IMG/VR virus record: IMGVR_UViG_3300012952_000091 | Location: 1-28,465 of that record | DNA from: a virus | Taxonomy: Duplodnaviria; Caudoviricetes | Strand: one strand, 5' to 3' | Length of the DNA stretch: 28,465 nt | Part shown: in pieces, positions 18,701-27,473 of the stretch | How positions within the stretch are numbered: the stretch's first letter is position 1 | Layout: the number at the start of each line of letters is the position of its first letter | Notes under the pieces: model-generated | The model's database searches: none | What the model was told of the DNA's origin: nothing | What the model saw: only the letters and a program-made list of their open reading frames with translations | Translations under genes and position numbers: made by a program

Positions 18701-19933
18701 AGTTGCAGTTACATCATCAGTAATCGTTGCAATCTCAGAAGTGTATTGTGTAGATGATACTGTATACTTAATAGTGTCACCCACTTTTAGTTCTCTCAAG
18801 AACTTAGAAGATGCACCTGTTAAAGTTTTAGTATCAACTGTTGTTGTGATATTACCTGATAGTTGAGGACTCTCTAAGAGAACTGTATCACCGTCCTCCT
18901 GTGCAAGATATACGGATGATTTTGTTGTATCCAATCCTGAGAGTATACCTTTAACCCTTGCAGTAACTTTAGTTACTCCGTCTCTATCTACAAATGTACA
19001 AGGGTGTTCTTCTAAGAATGTACCATAGTGATTATCTGAAACCTCTAATGAATATTCTGCACGACTTGAATTGATAATGTAAACATTTTCTACAATCGAT
19101 TCAGCTTTTATTTGAACACCATCTTCCTCGTATTGAACAACTTTATCTGTTGCACTTGGAAGTGTATTAACATCATCCATGACAACTGCAATTCTTCTTT
19201 GGTGATTGTGTCCTGATTCTGAAATTTGAATTGTTTCATCGATGAGATATCTAATATCTGCATCTTGTCCATATAATAATCTAAGTAAGAACTGGACTGA
19301 TTCTTTCGTACCTTTCTTTTGATAAAGGTCATGTATGTTCTTTATTGTTAATCTTGCATCTTTAGTTTCATCTATATCTAAAGATGGAATAAAATCTCTT
19401 TGGAAATAATCTAAGAATTCTTCTGTGGTATGGTCTACATCAGAATAATTTAAAAGATTATTATTTGCAAGAACGGAATTGTGTTTAAATGATTTGACTA
19501 CACCTGTCTGTCCGCCTTGTCTGCTTGTTACGGTCTCACCTTTATCGAAACCTTTTCCGTGTATTGTGTCGGTATAAAATGTGTTACCATTGATAACATT
19601 AATTTTTGCAACTGTTCCAGTTTTAGAACCAACAATATACTCTCCTTTTTTGAAAGGACTTTTTGTTTGTTCTGCTATCAGTCTTGAGTTTTCTGCATCA
19701 GGAGCTGCTGGATTAGTTCTAGTTTCTAATAGAACATGACCGACTGAATCACCTTCTAATAGAATATCATCTATGTCTCCTTGAGACTCAAGCACTAAGA
19801 CTTCAGCCTCAAGGAATTCATAGTACGCCTTTAGGAATTGTTCAAATACTGGTGCCTCTTCCTGAACAAAATCAGGAACAAGTGAAGTTATCCTATCTGA
19901 TAACTTATCAACATTTGAAACATCACTAGACAT
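15752..19933 (-). CDS. gp7: Baseplate wedge initiator gp7-like protein (1393 aa) with inserted Ig-like, cupredoxin-like and acidic LEDG-repeat regions
   Basis: FLKAYYEFLE, LYQKKGTKESVQFLLRLLYG and YQTHSYIIK...VKDLVHPSGHIFFGEV motifs; lies between gp6 and gp8. Confidence 0.8.
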   Translation of the reverse strand: MSSDVSNVDKLSDRITSLVPDFVQEEAPVFEQFLKAYYEFLEAEVLVLESQGDIDDILLEGDSVGHVLLETRTNPAAPDAENSRLIAEQTKSPFKKGEYIVGSKTGTVAKINVINGNTFYTDTIHGKGFDKGETVTSRQGGQTGVVKSFKHNSVLANNNLLNYSDVDHTTEEFLDYFQRDFIPSLDIDETKDARLTIKNIHDLYQKKGTKESVQFLLRLLYGQDADIRYLIDETIQISESGHNHQRRIAVVMDDVNTLPSATDKVVQYEEDGVQIKAESIVENVYIINSSRAEYSLEVSDNHYGTFLEEHPCTFVDRDGVTKVTARVKGILSGLDTTKSSVYLAQEDGDTVLLESPQLSGNITTTVDTKTLTGASSKFLRELKVGDTIKYTVSSTQYTSEIATITDDVTATLVANATVSAANVDYYNESYSGGVLNEFQSFGSMYSLNDPILFTDGKAGRDVVKAKGVIDGLRRGGVEKVFIVDGGTGYNGGDIVVFDNSNADGNAAEAVIGAVEDVVILENRTEWGQFEITATAGQTVFGGVGNTDDNGQLILFNDNSVKVFVDGIEKTPYTDYTFKNDRVTFTSGQSAGALIEIFTDFNNLILEDGDKIQLSTTESFIRSVVVRSPGSGYTTLPQCFPGGYIYLDPADISGYQVGETITGGTSSATASIIRIEEEDNRLVVKRTHTDVNQFVSAGEVVTGGTSGTAKTAKQIKVSSGTGAKLLAYSDEIGGVGSINIQDQGYNFKEDMVMDSTSHSKMLITTPSATLTANLTFTGRITGSTGKVINYNANQSVLTFTELDGHFLDNEQVLFNSVDTFTCLKFNPFQARGKLGAEGIIQRQLIDNKGTLDEDTANLHDGLFYQTHSYIIKVGESINKYRAIVKDLVHPSGHIFFGEVAVKNFVNPFDETNNVAGLESENRFNFLPTIIMQAFPTYHVDLETADSILRDDESNIILENGYHMILESAPDKNAITEHLTEVMIHPHKDQADLLDPMILVKPIDLSGFDTALPSQRGRINLIIKELVSSAIVRQRTRRDTAARAQSIDVSVVNNGSQNVYKINNLNNKRLELETGVTYYFNYPSNAHPFKISATSDGSHNSGTEIGSSGGVNEGFNFTSFLPTTAGTYYYYCNNHSGMGGQIVVIEGNTDTVLNIDNVNNPSHSPYERLSDGPYPRSADQGIVIPSYHPFSSEAIVLEDGHSKIIVEEETHNLRMEEDEGDGFGARFITEDGFGMELEDGSYTKENTRYMATERVQTLANFYHTTEDGDTIILEDGGVVLDERTEGGSLTSFVPMGTTIGDLNKIVDQNVYDIAYYLLDESLDNNDQDRIVFEDGHGSVLLEESKESGFTFEDFDAFVPNHRLKSFDELQYKRTNMTWNSYVISSNITNSQLSSL

Positions 19934-19935
19934 AA

Positions 19936-20403
19936 TTAAGCGATTGTACCACCAATGTTAGATAATACATTCCATCCACCCAACGCAGAACCTAACCACA
20001 CGCAAATCATTGCGTCACCTTTATCGGTGAATGTGATAGTTGTTCCGTTGTTGAAAGTTGATGGAGTTACTACTACATCATAAGAACCAGCTGGTTCTGT
20101 TGCGATTACAACAATTTTGATTTCACCAATATCACTAGAATCAGGTAATGATAATGCAAGGTTAGCACTGATTGAATCAGCGTCTACTGCAATTATACCA
20201 CCATTTGCAATTGATCCGTTTGCACTTACAGTGACAACATCATTGATTGCCAAGTGAGTTGGTATGTTTTCAAAAAGACTTGCTATTGCTAGTCTTTTGT
20301 TTACGGGAGTTCCACTAGGGTCGTCAACAACATGTAATATGTCTGTTCCCGACACTTCGGAACCGTTCATTACGGTCAAAGCCGTTATCTTCTTATCTGC
20401 CAT
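19936..20403 (-). CDS. Small virion structural protein (155 aa)
   Basis: AGGAGG RBS. The MADKKITAL...DILHVVDD...[11 protein letters not shown]-terminus resembles phage fibre/decoration attachment segments. Confidence 0.75.
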   Translation of the reverse strand: MADKKITALTVMNGSEVSGTDILHVVDDPSGTPVNKRLAIASLFENIPTHLAINDVVTVSANGSIANGGIIAVDADSISANLALSLPDSSDIGEIKIVVIATEPAGSYDVVVTPSTFNNGTTITFTDKGDAMICVWLGSALGGWNVLSNIGGTIA

Positions 20404-20475
20404 TCTCTTTTCCTCCTATAATCCAATTGAATGGGAAACTACTCAGGGGATTCCTGACCACTTTTTTCATTTATT

Positions 20476-22350
20476 TTAATAACTACTGGTTGAGGTAGAA
20501 GTATACCCGACCCCAGCACTCGATTCACCACTTGCGATGGTGTCTACTTCACCCGACACTTTGATGTCGTCTTGAGAGATATCAATTAAGTTACCTCTTT
20601 CTGCAACTACATCATTACCCGAAGGTATGAGGGTGAAGTCTATCGATGAGTCAGCATTAACCGTAGAGGTTAAGATGAATGCATTGATAGATAACAAACC
20701 AGTGGAATAATCAATTGTTCCAGCTGCATTGTCCTTGTAGATTCGTGTTGACCCTGATAGATAATACCTTCTTAAATTACCTTTTCCGTCATCGTCAAAG
20801 TAATGAGTATTAACTGAGTCACCACCAATCTTAAAGCCTGTTGTTGTAGTAATACCACCCGCCATTGCATTGTGACCTGAATGGGGATTGAATAGGGCAT
20901 TACCCATGGAAAGTTTATATCCTACTGGATTTGGTGAAACTGTTCCATTTAATTTTTTCTTTAATCTGATATTTGTTGTGTTAGACAAAATTGCACCATC
21001 AGCTGCATCGATTGTCTTTAATAGATTCGAGTGTCTAAAGATTGCATCGAACCCGTTTAGATTGTCTGTATCAAATTGATTGATTGTATTTTTTACCAAT
21101 GTTGATAACTCTCCAGCAGTTAATGTTGTTAAACTTGGATTGTACTTGAATGTTGTTGTGATGAGAATCTTGATAATATCTGCATCCACAATCTCAGGTC
21201 TAACCGTCAACATGTTTAGTTTATTTAGATTGCTTTTTACTAATGCTTTTTCTGTCTCTGAGAGGTAGTCTGCATTGTTTGGTTTCAATGCAACAAATAC
21301 TTTACCATATGCAGGCGGAACATTATCCTCACCTCCCCATACTGCAACTGCATCTGCATTCGGATAGTATTCTTGAACTTTTGCTTTGTAGTCGTTCAAT
21401 GTAACAAGTCTGTTTTGTGATGTATAGAACTTAGTTGCTTTGAACTTGATTGATTCGATAGATTCTTTCTCTGCACCACCAGCTGCTTTTTCTACAACCG
21501 ATATTGTCGAGTCTGTGAATCCGTTGATTGCACCTACTTGAGAAAATCTATTAGCTCCATCTGCATGTATTTCGTTAACAATTATGTAATCAACTGTTAT
21601 GATATCACCATCTAGTAATGATACACCTAGTGTACCATCACCAAAATAAATCTCAATGAATCCTTCTTCGTTTTCTTGAGTGTAATATACTTTTGATGTT
21701 GTGTCAATATTAGATACATCAGTTGACAATGCATAAGTAGATATAGTTCCACCTGAGTTTACAGTAACAGCCATTCTGAGTTTGTCTACTCTTTTATTTG
21801 AAACTACAAATTTAGAATTCTTAATCTGACTATCAAATATAAACTGATCTTGGGCAAATTGACCCTGAACTAATTCTACATTACTATATGTAAATATAGT
21901 TCCATCAACTGTTGGTGTATATGTTGAAGCTGCAACGAATTCGTATTTAACTCCTTCGTATGTTGTTCTGAATTGTGTTCCTCTTGACATAATCATAGCA
22001 GATGTAGTTGGAACTGTACCGTCTGCACTTCTTACATTTCTGAGAACTATGTTTGCTTTGGCAGTTGAAGCTTTCTCAGAAGATGGAGTGAATCCTAAAT
22101 CTTTTGCTCTTGATACAACATTCTTTCTTATCTGTGCTGAATCTAAAAACAACTCAGAGGCTGCAATGTTTGTATTGACTGCACCAATATGAGATGCATA
22201 TGCAAGAAGGTCTATCAAGATTGATAGGGTTGCACCTTCAAAGTTATAATCTTTAAATGTGTCTTGTCCTTTAAGATAATTCTTAAGGTTGTCTGCAATG
22301 TTATCAAAATCTAAATCGGTAACATTTATTTGTGAACTGTTTACTGCCAT
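20476..22350 (-). CDS. gp6: Baseplate wedge subunit gp6
   Basis: LDFDNIADNLKNYLK...FKDYNFEG, FLDSAQIRKNVVSRAKDLGF, IYFGDG, QNRLVTLNDY, WGGEDNVPPAYGKVFVALKP. Confidence 0.95.
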   Translation of the reverse strand: MAVNSSQINVTDLDFDNIADNLKNYLKGQDTFKDYNFEGATLSILIDLLAYASHIGAVNTNIAASELFLDSAQIRKNVVSRAKDLGFTPSSEKASTAKANIVLRNVRSADGTVPTTSAMIMSRGTQFRTTYEGVKYEFVAASTYTPTVDGTIFTYSNVELVQGQFAQDQFIFDSQIKNSKFVVSNKRVDKLRMAVTVNSGGTISTYALSTDVSNIDTTSKVYYTQENEEGFIEIYFGDGTLGVSLLDGDIITVDYIIVNEIHADGANRFSQVGAINGFTDSTISVVEKAAGGAEKESIESIKFKATKFYTSQNRLVTLNDYKAKVQEYYPNADAVAVWGGEDNVPPAYGKVFVALKPNNADYLSETEKALVKSNLNKLNMLTVRPEIVDADIIKILITTTFKYNPSLTTLTAGELSTLVKNTINQFDTDNLNGFDAIFRHSNLLKTIDAADGAILSNTTNIRLKKKLNGTVSPNPVGYKLSMGNALFNPHSGHNAMAGGITTTTGFKIGGDSVNTHYFDDDGKGNLRRYYLSGSTRIYKDNAAGTIDYSTGLLSINAFILTSTVNADSSIDFTLIPSGNDVVAERGNLIDISQDDIKVSGEVDTIASGESSAGVGYTSTSTSSY

Positions 22351-22766
22351 TATCGTGTCCTATTTACTGTAAATTGAAGCTCTTGATTAGATAAACCATT
22401 CTTTATATTATAAAATACAGTGACATCTAAACTGTTGCCTTCTGTTTGAAAAACACATCTCACATTTGAAACCCTTGGTTCAAAATCTTCTATTGCTTCT
22501 TTTAATCTTCTCTTTGCTCTGTTTAATTTTCTATCGGTATCCAATTCGAATAATAGTCCACGAATGTTTCCACCTAAACTTGGTTTAAAAGGTCTCTCAT
22601 AATAGTTAGTCATGACTATATTTCTAACTGCCCTACGGACTGCATCTGAGTCTGACTTAGTTGCAACATCACCTGTTATGGGGTGAGCAGTGAATGCTAA
22701 ATCAAGGTCTTTATATGTAGACTTGACTGCAACATTCTTACTATTTGTTTTTACATAATCGACCAT
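22350..22766 (-). CDS. gp25: Baseplate wedge subunit gp25 (138 aa)
   Basis: YKDLDLAF...HPITGDV...AVRRAVRNIVMTNYYERPF...LFE...FEPRV. Start re-assigned to ATG 22766, directly behind a late promoter. Confidence 0.9.
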   Translation of the reverse strand: MVDYVKTNSKNVAVKSTYKDLDLAFTAHPITGDVATKSDSDAVRRAVRNIVMTNYYERPFKPSLGGNIRGLLFELDTDRKLNRAKRRLKEAIEDFEPRVSNVRCVFQTEGNSLDVTVFYNIKNGLSNQELQFTVNRTR

Positions 22767-22771
22767 AATAC

Positions 22772-22779
22772 TATTTATA
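22772..22779 (-). promoter_or_regulatory. T4-type late promoter TATAAATA
   Basis: Exact consensus 5 nt before the gp25 ATG. Confidence 0.85.
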
Positions 22780-22782
22780 CAA

Positions 22783-24099
22783 TTAGTTCGGGCTTCCTGT
22801 CTTCGGAGCTGCACTTCCGCCTACACTATGTGTATGTGTTGAAAGTTTAACACCTTTACCTGTAACTTCACCACTTGCAGTGATAGAAGAAGCATTCTTC
22901 TGACTACCTGTAACATTCAATGTACTATGCAACTTAGTTGCTTTAGAAACATCAAGTGTACCCGTTATCGTTGTATCTGATATAATCTCCGTTTTGTTAT
23001 TACCTGTTATTGTTATCTTACCTTCTGATGTCACATCAGTTGTTCCACCAATCTGTCCAGTAAAATTACCCTTAGTTATTTCAGATGTTACATTACCCTC
23101 TGAAACTAACTCAGTTACATTTCCTTTTAAAACTTTTAGGTCAACATTTCCTGTATCGATTGTTATGTTTACATTACCATAACCTACTTGTAAATCTGTA
23201 TTACCAGCTATGAATACTTTATCATCTTTTAGAATTGCAGTGTAGTTGTTGTTTACAATTCTAGTAACCTCAGAACCATCTGCATGTATCTCATGGAATG
23301 TACCTGACCTATGATGTAAGTTGATTCTTTCTTTACCAAGTGTATCGTCTACTTCAAATACATGACCTGATTCGGATTGTGTAACTTTATTATATGGATA
23401 TACTGGTGCAGAATCTACATCAACAAAATCTTTAAGTATCTTTTGTTCATCGGGTATCTCTACTTCATTACCTTCTGCATCTGTTTGTTTTGCAATCTTA
23501 TGATCTAATACTGAACCCCTTGCAAGCGTAGAGTAATCTGACTCATCAACATATAAAGGATAGTATGGTAACATCTCCTTTGTAAGTTCCAACTCTTTGA
23601 TAGTAGAACCTGTATTATCATATTTAACATCGATAGTTTCAGGTGACTTAGGTGCAGTGTCCATTGCAGTAGTAAGACCCCAACCTCTTCTTGAATCTTG
23701 AACTGGGTTTGGTGCTTCAGACCCTTCATTGTAATCTGCAACCGTTAATGCTCTAGGGTCATTGAAACCTTTCTCAATACTTCTAGTTATCAATGCATCA
23801 GTTGTATCTTCTTTGTATCCAGCTTGTGGGATACCAGCTGCAACACCAAGAACTATTGGGTCTTGTTTTGCTTGGTCTCTAAAATATCCAAATACCGTAG
23901 ACCCCTCTACAAGTCCGTGACCTGTTCCTAACCCCGATAGTCCAGCAGATGTTGTTGGAAGTATAACCTGACACCATGGTAAATCTGCAGAGGCGATAAG
24001 AAGTTTATCATCCGTATGGATTCCATGTATACGAACACGGACACGACCAACCTTTAAGGGGTCTTGTCTGTCTTCAACTATTCCGTAAAAATATTCCAT
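22783..24099 (-). CDS. gp5: Baseplate central spike gp5 (OB fold + beta-helix, no lysozyme domain, HxH apex)
   Basis: FYGIVEDRQDPLKVGRVRVRIHGIH...LPW (gp5 OB fold), YPYNKVTQSESGHVFEVDDT...ERINLHHRSGTF, beta-helix repeats, ends LSTHTHSV...TGSPN. Start placed at MEYFYG (24099); an upstream ATG is possible. Confidence 0.9.
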   Translation of the reverse strand: MEYFYGIVEDRQDPLKVGRVRVRIHGIHTDDKLLIASADLPWCQVILPTTSAGLSGLGTGHGLVEGSTVFGYFRDQAKQDPIVLGVAAGIPQAGYKEDTTDALITRSIEKGFNDPRALTVADYNEGSEAPNPVQDSRRGWGLTTAMDTAPKSPETIDVKYDNTGSTIKELELTKEMLPYYPLYVDESDYSTLARGSVLDHKIAKQTDAEGNEVEIPDEQKILKDFVDVDSAPVYPYNKVTQSESGHVFEVDDTLGKERINLHHRSGTFHEIHADGSEVTRIVNNNYTAILKDDKVFIAGNTDLQVGYGNVNITIDTGNVDLKVLKGNVTELVSEGNVTSEITKGNFTGQIGGTTDVTSEGKITITGNNKTEIISDTTITGTLDVSKATKLHSTLNVTGSQKNASSITASGEVTGKGVKLSTHTHSVGGSAAPKTGSPN

Positions 24100-24179
24100 G
24101 TATTCTGCATCCATATAAACAACATAGGTAATCCTACCCATGCTAATAATGTTAAACTAAAATATGTTATCACTTCCAT
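24078..24179 (-). CDS. Putative 33-aa single-pass membrane peptide (not in ORF track)
   Basis: MEVITYFSLTLLAWVGLPMLFIWMQNTWNIFTE*. ATG overlaps the upstream stop (TGATG) and the ORF fills the gap before gp5. Confidence 0.55.
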   Translation of the reverse strand: MEVITYFSLTLLAWVGLPMLFIWMQNTWNIFTE

Positions 24180-25624
24180 CATGCTGATTCCTCTGGCCCA
24201 GGCACATCATCTAACGGTCTTGCATCTTCTATCTTCTTAGCATAACTTTCTTTTACACATTCTAATTGTAATAGACCAGTTTTTGCTTGGGTGTCTCCAT
24301 TGACTGCAAGATCGGTAATCAAATACCTGTCATCATTTACTTTATCTGACTTGTCTCCCTCGCCAGGTACTTCGGGTGTTGGTATCTTTAATTTGATAAT
24401 CATACCAACGGTTAAATCTGTTCTGAGTGGAATTGTTAATTGTATTCTATGTTGTTGTAATATCTCTAAGAGAGCTCTTCTTTCTAATGTTCCACTATCA
24501 TTTAGTTTTCTTGGTTCAAATACTTCGGGGTCTGATAGATTCTCTGCATTATCAAATGAGTGTTGATTGTGATAATCTCTAATGATTAAGGAATCAAATT
24601 CTTCTGTAGGTTTTATGTCTATATCAATCTCGTCAATAGTCGGTGATACAGCTGGGTCAACAATCTCATTTGGTCTGAGAACTCTTTCATCATCATCAAG
24701 AAATAACATAGGGAATCCTGATACATGGTCTCCCTTATCCATTGATGTTTTTAAATCATAAACATTTTCTTCTTCTAGTTTTCTTATTGGGTCATATACT
24801 TTTAATGTAGATGCGTATGCACCACCGACAGTTGCTTGTAATGTGTCGAACATCTGAGGTTTTTTGTACATTTGTATTGCAGTGTTCAAACCTGACGGTG
24901 CATTAAGATTTTCGTCTGATGTTTCTACTGTATTTGTAGGACTTAATGAGAATGGAATCGGAAACTCCATAGTACACATTGTATCAAAACTTAGGAATCT
25001 AAATCCACCATTTAGAGTTTGATAAAAGAACAAGCCATTTCTAAATCCATATGTTTCTCCTACTTGAGAATTATTTGTAATGTAATCTATGAGTTCTGCA
25101 ACTGTCCAATTAGGACATATGAATTGTTTATTTTCGGGAACTGTTTTTTCCCATGCATCAAACTCATCAGTTTTAAACTTACCCACATCAACTAATGCAT
25201 TCTGTAGTATTTGGTCGTATCGACCACGAAGTGTTTGACTGATTCTCTTCCTTCTTGCAAAGAACATTCGAGGGTCACATATTCTAAGAACATATGTCTG
25301 TGTTAACTCATCGATTCTGTTTATGTTATCTAGTTTATATACTCTGAATGTTTTATCAATTGAAAATTCTTTCTCTGCTTCCTCTCCGACACCTTCCTTT
25401 TGGCTGAATGCAATACGAATGTATTCTTGACCAGTCATTCTAAAATTCTTTGGAAGGTTTAGACCATCATATACTGAAACCTCTCCCGTTACAAACTTAT
25501 TGAATATAGATTCAAATAGTTTAAATCCCATGACCATATTTGTAAGGTCTAAAGATTCGTTGTATTGGTTTACTAAGGTGAATGCTTCTATGTTGAATTC
25601 ACCCGCTGCATAGTTAGCACTCAT
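24179..25624 (-). CDS. Baseplate hub protein, probably gp27-like (481 aa)
   Basis: LFESIFNKFVTGEVSVYD...TGQEYIRIAF, FFYQTLNGGFRFLSFD, LTVGMIIKL...RYLITDL; located between gp53 and gp5. Confidence 0.7.
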   Translation of the reverse strand: MSANYAAGEFNIEAFTLVNQYNESLDLTNMVMGFKLFESIFNKFVTGEVSVYDGLNLPKNFRMTGQEYIRIAFSQKEGVGEEAEKEFSIDKTFRVYKLDNINRIDELTQTYVLRICDPRMFFARRKRISQTLRGRYDQILQNALVDVGKFKTDEFDAWEKTVPENKQFICPNWTVAELIDYITNNSQVGETYGFRNGLFFYQTLNGGFRFLSFDTMCTMEFPIPFSLSPTNTVETSDENLNAPSGLNTAIQMYKKPQMFDTLQATVGGAYASTLKVYDPIRKLEEENVYDLKTSMDKGDHVSGFPMLFLDDDERVLRPNEIVDPAVSPTIDEIDIDIKPTEEFDSLIIRDYHNQHSFDNAENLSDPEVFEPRKLNDSGTLERRALLEILQQHRIQLTIPLRTDLTVGMIIKLKIPTPEVPGEGDKSDKVNDDRYLITDLAVNGDTQAKTGLLQLECVKESYAKKIEDARPLDDVPGPEESA

Positions 25625-26331
25625 GATTTCATTACTTTCTCAAACTGATTTACAACTGCTCCAATCATACTCGGTTTGATAATTTTTATTTTTCTTTTCT
25701 CTTCGTTAATTTCATATTCGTCTTCGAATATAGATTTTGCAGTGGAACCACTTACAAAGTGTGTACTCTTTACTCCATCCTTTTCATAATATGCAACACC
25801 ATCTTGTTTATCAATGATTGAAACTGGTGTTACAGCTTTACTGGAAGATGAACCTGTGGATACAATTGGACTTACAAATCCTACTTCTACATCGACTCCT
25901 AACCTACAAAAAGTTGGGTCAACTTCTGTTATGATTCCTCTTGAATTTGTTCCTGTTATTGATTCTCCTAAAAGAAACTTACTTGTTGATGATACTATAT
26001 CTGTTGATTGATTACATACAAAATACTTTCCCTTATATCTCTTTTCCATATATGATTGAAATGATGCTTGGTCTTTCCACCAATCATAATAGTTATTAAG
26101 GTCATTTACTAAAAAGAAAGTCCAATGAAGGTCACCGTTACCGTACAACTTTGTTGCAAGTACATCGGGTCTATCACCTTCTTCTAGTTCATGATAAGTA
26201 TAATTTACAACTGCTTCTCTTGCAGCTCCTTCAATATTTGACTTACGGAAAAAGTCTTTGATTGTAATTAACTTACCATCGGAAAGCTTGTACTGCATTT
26301 CAGGAAAGTTCTTAAAAAATTGTGTTGCCAT
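25621..26331 (-). CDS. gp53: Baseplate wedge subunit gp53
   Basis: FFKNFPEMQY, EEGDRPDVLATKLYGNGDLHWTFFLVN (LysM-like), EYEINEEKRKIKIIKP. Confidence 0.9.
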   Translation of the reverse strand: MATQFFKNFPEMQYKLSDGKLITIKDFFRKSNIEGAAREAVVNYTYHELEEGDRPDVLATKLYGNGDLHWTFFLVNDLNNYYDWWKDQASFQSYMEKRYKGKYFVCNQSTDIVSSTSKFLLGESITGTNSRGIITEVDPTFCRLGVDVEVGFVSPIVSTGSSSSKAVTPVSIIDKQDGVAYYEKDGVKSTHFVSGSTAKSIFEDEYEINEEKRKIKIIKPSMIGAVVNQFEKVMKS

Positions 26332-26333
26332 TA

Positions 26334-27434
26334 TTATCCTCCAGTGGATGAGTCAAGAATACTAGGTGAACCACTCTCATCACTTATACTACCTAATCTG
26401 CCTTGAACTTTTTCAGGAGCAACTCTAGATTCATAAACTTCTTGAGACATAACTTTAATCTCTGTAAATTCACATGAAATTTTTGTAAAACCTGAATAGA
26501 ACTCATCATCGTTTTCACTTGCTAACATAAAGTCGGGATTCTCAAGTGGTGTTACTGTGACACCTGTACAAACCATGGGTAAGAATCTTTCTATTTGTTT
26601 TGAAACTGGGCCTTCTATCTCTACCTCAAATACATTCGGATAGTTAAAGAAGTTTTCAGTAGTGTTTTCTGAATCCTCTCCATCACCAGCTGCAAATGTG
26701 TCGGGTAACATTGCAACTCTGAATGCATGAATGATTTGTTGAACCATGATTGCTTCTTTTTCTGATCTTGGATACATATCCCATGCAAATGAATGTGTTC
26801 TAAAGTCTATACCTTCTAATAGTTGTTCTTCCATAGGGTTGACTGCTCGTCCAGCACGAAGGTTACCTACACCTGACCCCATCGAACCAATTGCATTTTG
26901 AATAAATCCTTTTCCAGCGTTTACTGCTTCTTCAAATACCCCACCTGCGTCTTCACCACCTTGAATTGCACCTGATACCCCTCTTGCAAATGCACCTATA
27001 CTTTCAGTCTTGTATGTTACTTTAGATTCTTGATTCCATCCACCCTCAGGCAATGGTAATGCAATCGTAACTGGTGTATCTGAAATTAAGTTTCCACCAC
27101 TTGTTCTTTTCTTTCTCAAACGAGTAGTAAATAACATGAAGTTATCGATATCACCATCTAAAGGATATTGTAAATCTCTGTGTCCTCCTGATGGAGCTCT
27201 TTTTGCTTTTCCTTTTGACTTGGTTGCACTGTCTAAACTTTTCTGTAAGGTTGCTCTTCTTTGTTCTAGTTTCCTTCTTCCTTCTTCTGCTTGTGCTTGG
27301 AGTTTGTCGACCTCTTCTGTATTGACACCTCCTTTGTAACCTATACTTTCAAGTTTGGATTTAATCCCTTTAACTGATTTTACGGCTTGAGATGCTTGGT
27401 TGATTTTGTCTAATAATTTGTTGATACTTGGCAT
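26334..27434 (-). CDS. gp48: Baseplate tail tube cap gp48
   Basis: NPMEEQLLEGIDFRTHSFAWDMYPRSEKEA...IIHAFR...FFNYPNVFEV...EFTEI; adjacent to gp53 and divergent from gp4. Confidence 0.85.
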   Translation of the reverse strand: MPSINKLLDKINQASQAVKSVKGIKSKLESIGYKGGVNTEEVDKLQAQAEEGRRKLEQRRATLQKSLDSATKSKGKAKRAPSGGHRDLQYPLDGDIDNFMLFTTRLRKKRTSGGNLISDTPVTIALPLPEGGWNQESKVTYKTESIGAFARGVSGAIQGGEDAGGVFEEAVNAGKGFIQNAIGSMGSGVGNLRAGRAVNPMEEQLLEGIDFRTHSFAWDMYPRSEKEAIMVQQIIHAFRVAMLPDTFAAGDGEDSENTTENFFNYPNVFEVEIEGPVSKQIERFLPMVCTGVTVTPLENPDFMLASENDDEFYSGFTKISCEFTEIKVMSQEVYESRVAPEKVQGRLGSISDESGSPSILDSSTGG

Positions 27435-27441
27435 ATAAATA
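27434..27441 (+). promoter_or_regulatory. T4 late promoter TATAAATA for gp4
   Basis: Exact consensus about 30 nt upstream of the gp4 ATG, overlapping the gp48 start codon. Confidence 0.8.
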
Positions 27442-27465
27442 TTCCTAACTAAAGGTCTTTTATTC

Positions 27466-27473
27466 TATTTATG
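27466..27473 (-). promoter_or_regulatory. Variant late promoter CATAAATA for gp48
   Basis: 7/8 match, about 31 nt upstream of the gp48 ATG, overlapping the gp4 start codon. Confidence 0.65.

Noticed and set aside
22767-22814. ORF-track N-terminal extension of gp25 (likewise 7498-7515 for the 68-aa gene)
   Set aside because: The extensions overlap upstream genes; promoter position and stop/start overlaps support the downstream ATGs.
165-27339. Many plus-strand ORFs (e.g. 165-542, 2583-2918, 7387-7833, 10018-10464, 13387-13923) and short alternate-frame minus ORFs
   Set aside because: They lie within or opposite well-supported minus-strand structural genes and show no recognisable motifs; they are shadows of codon bias.
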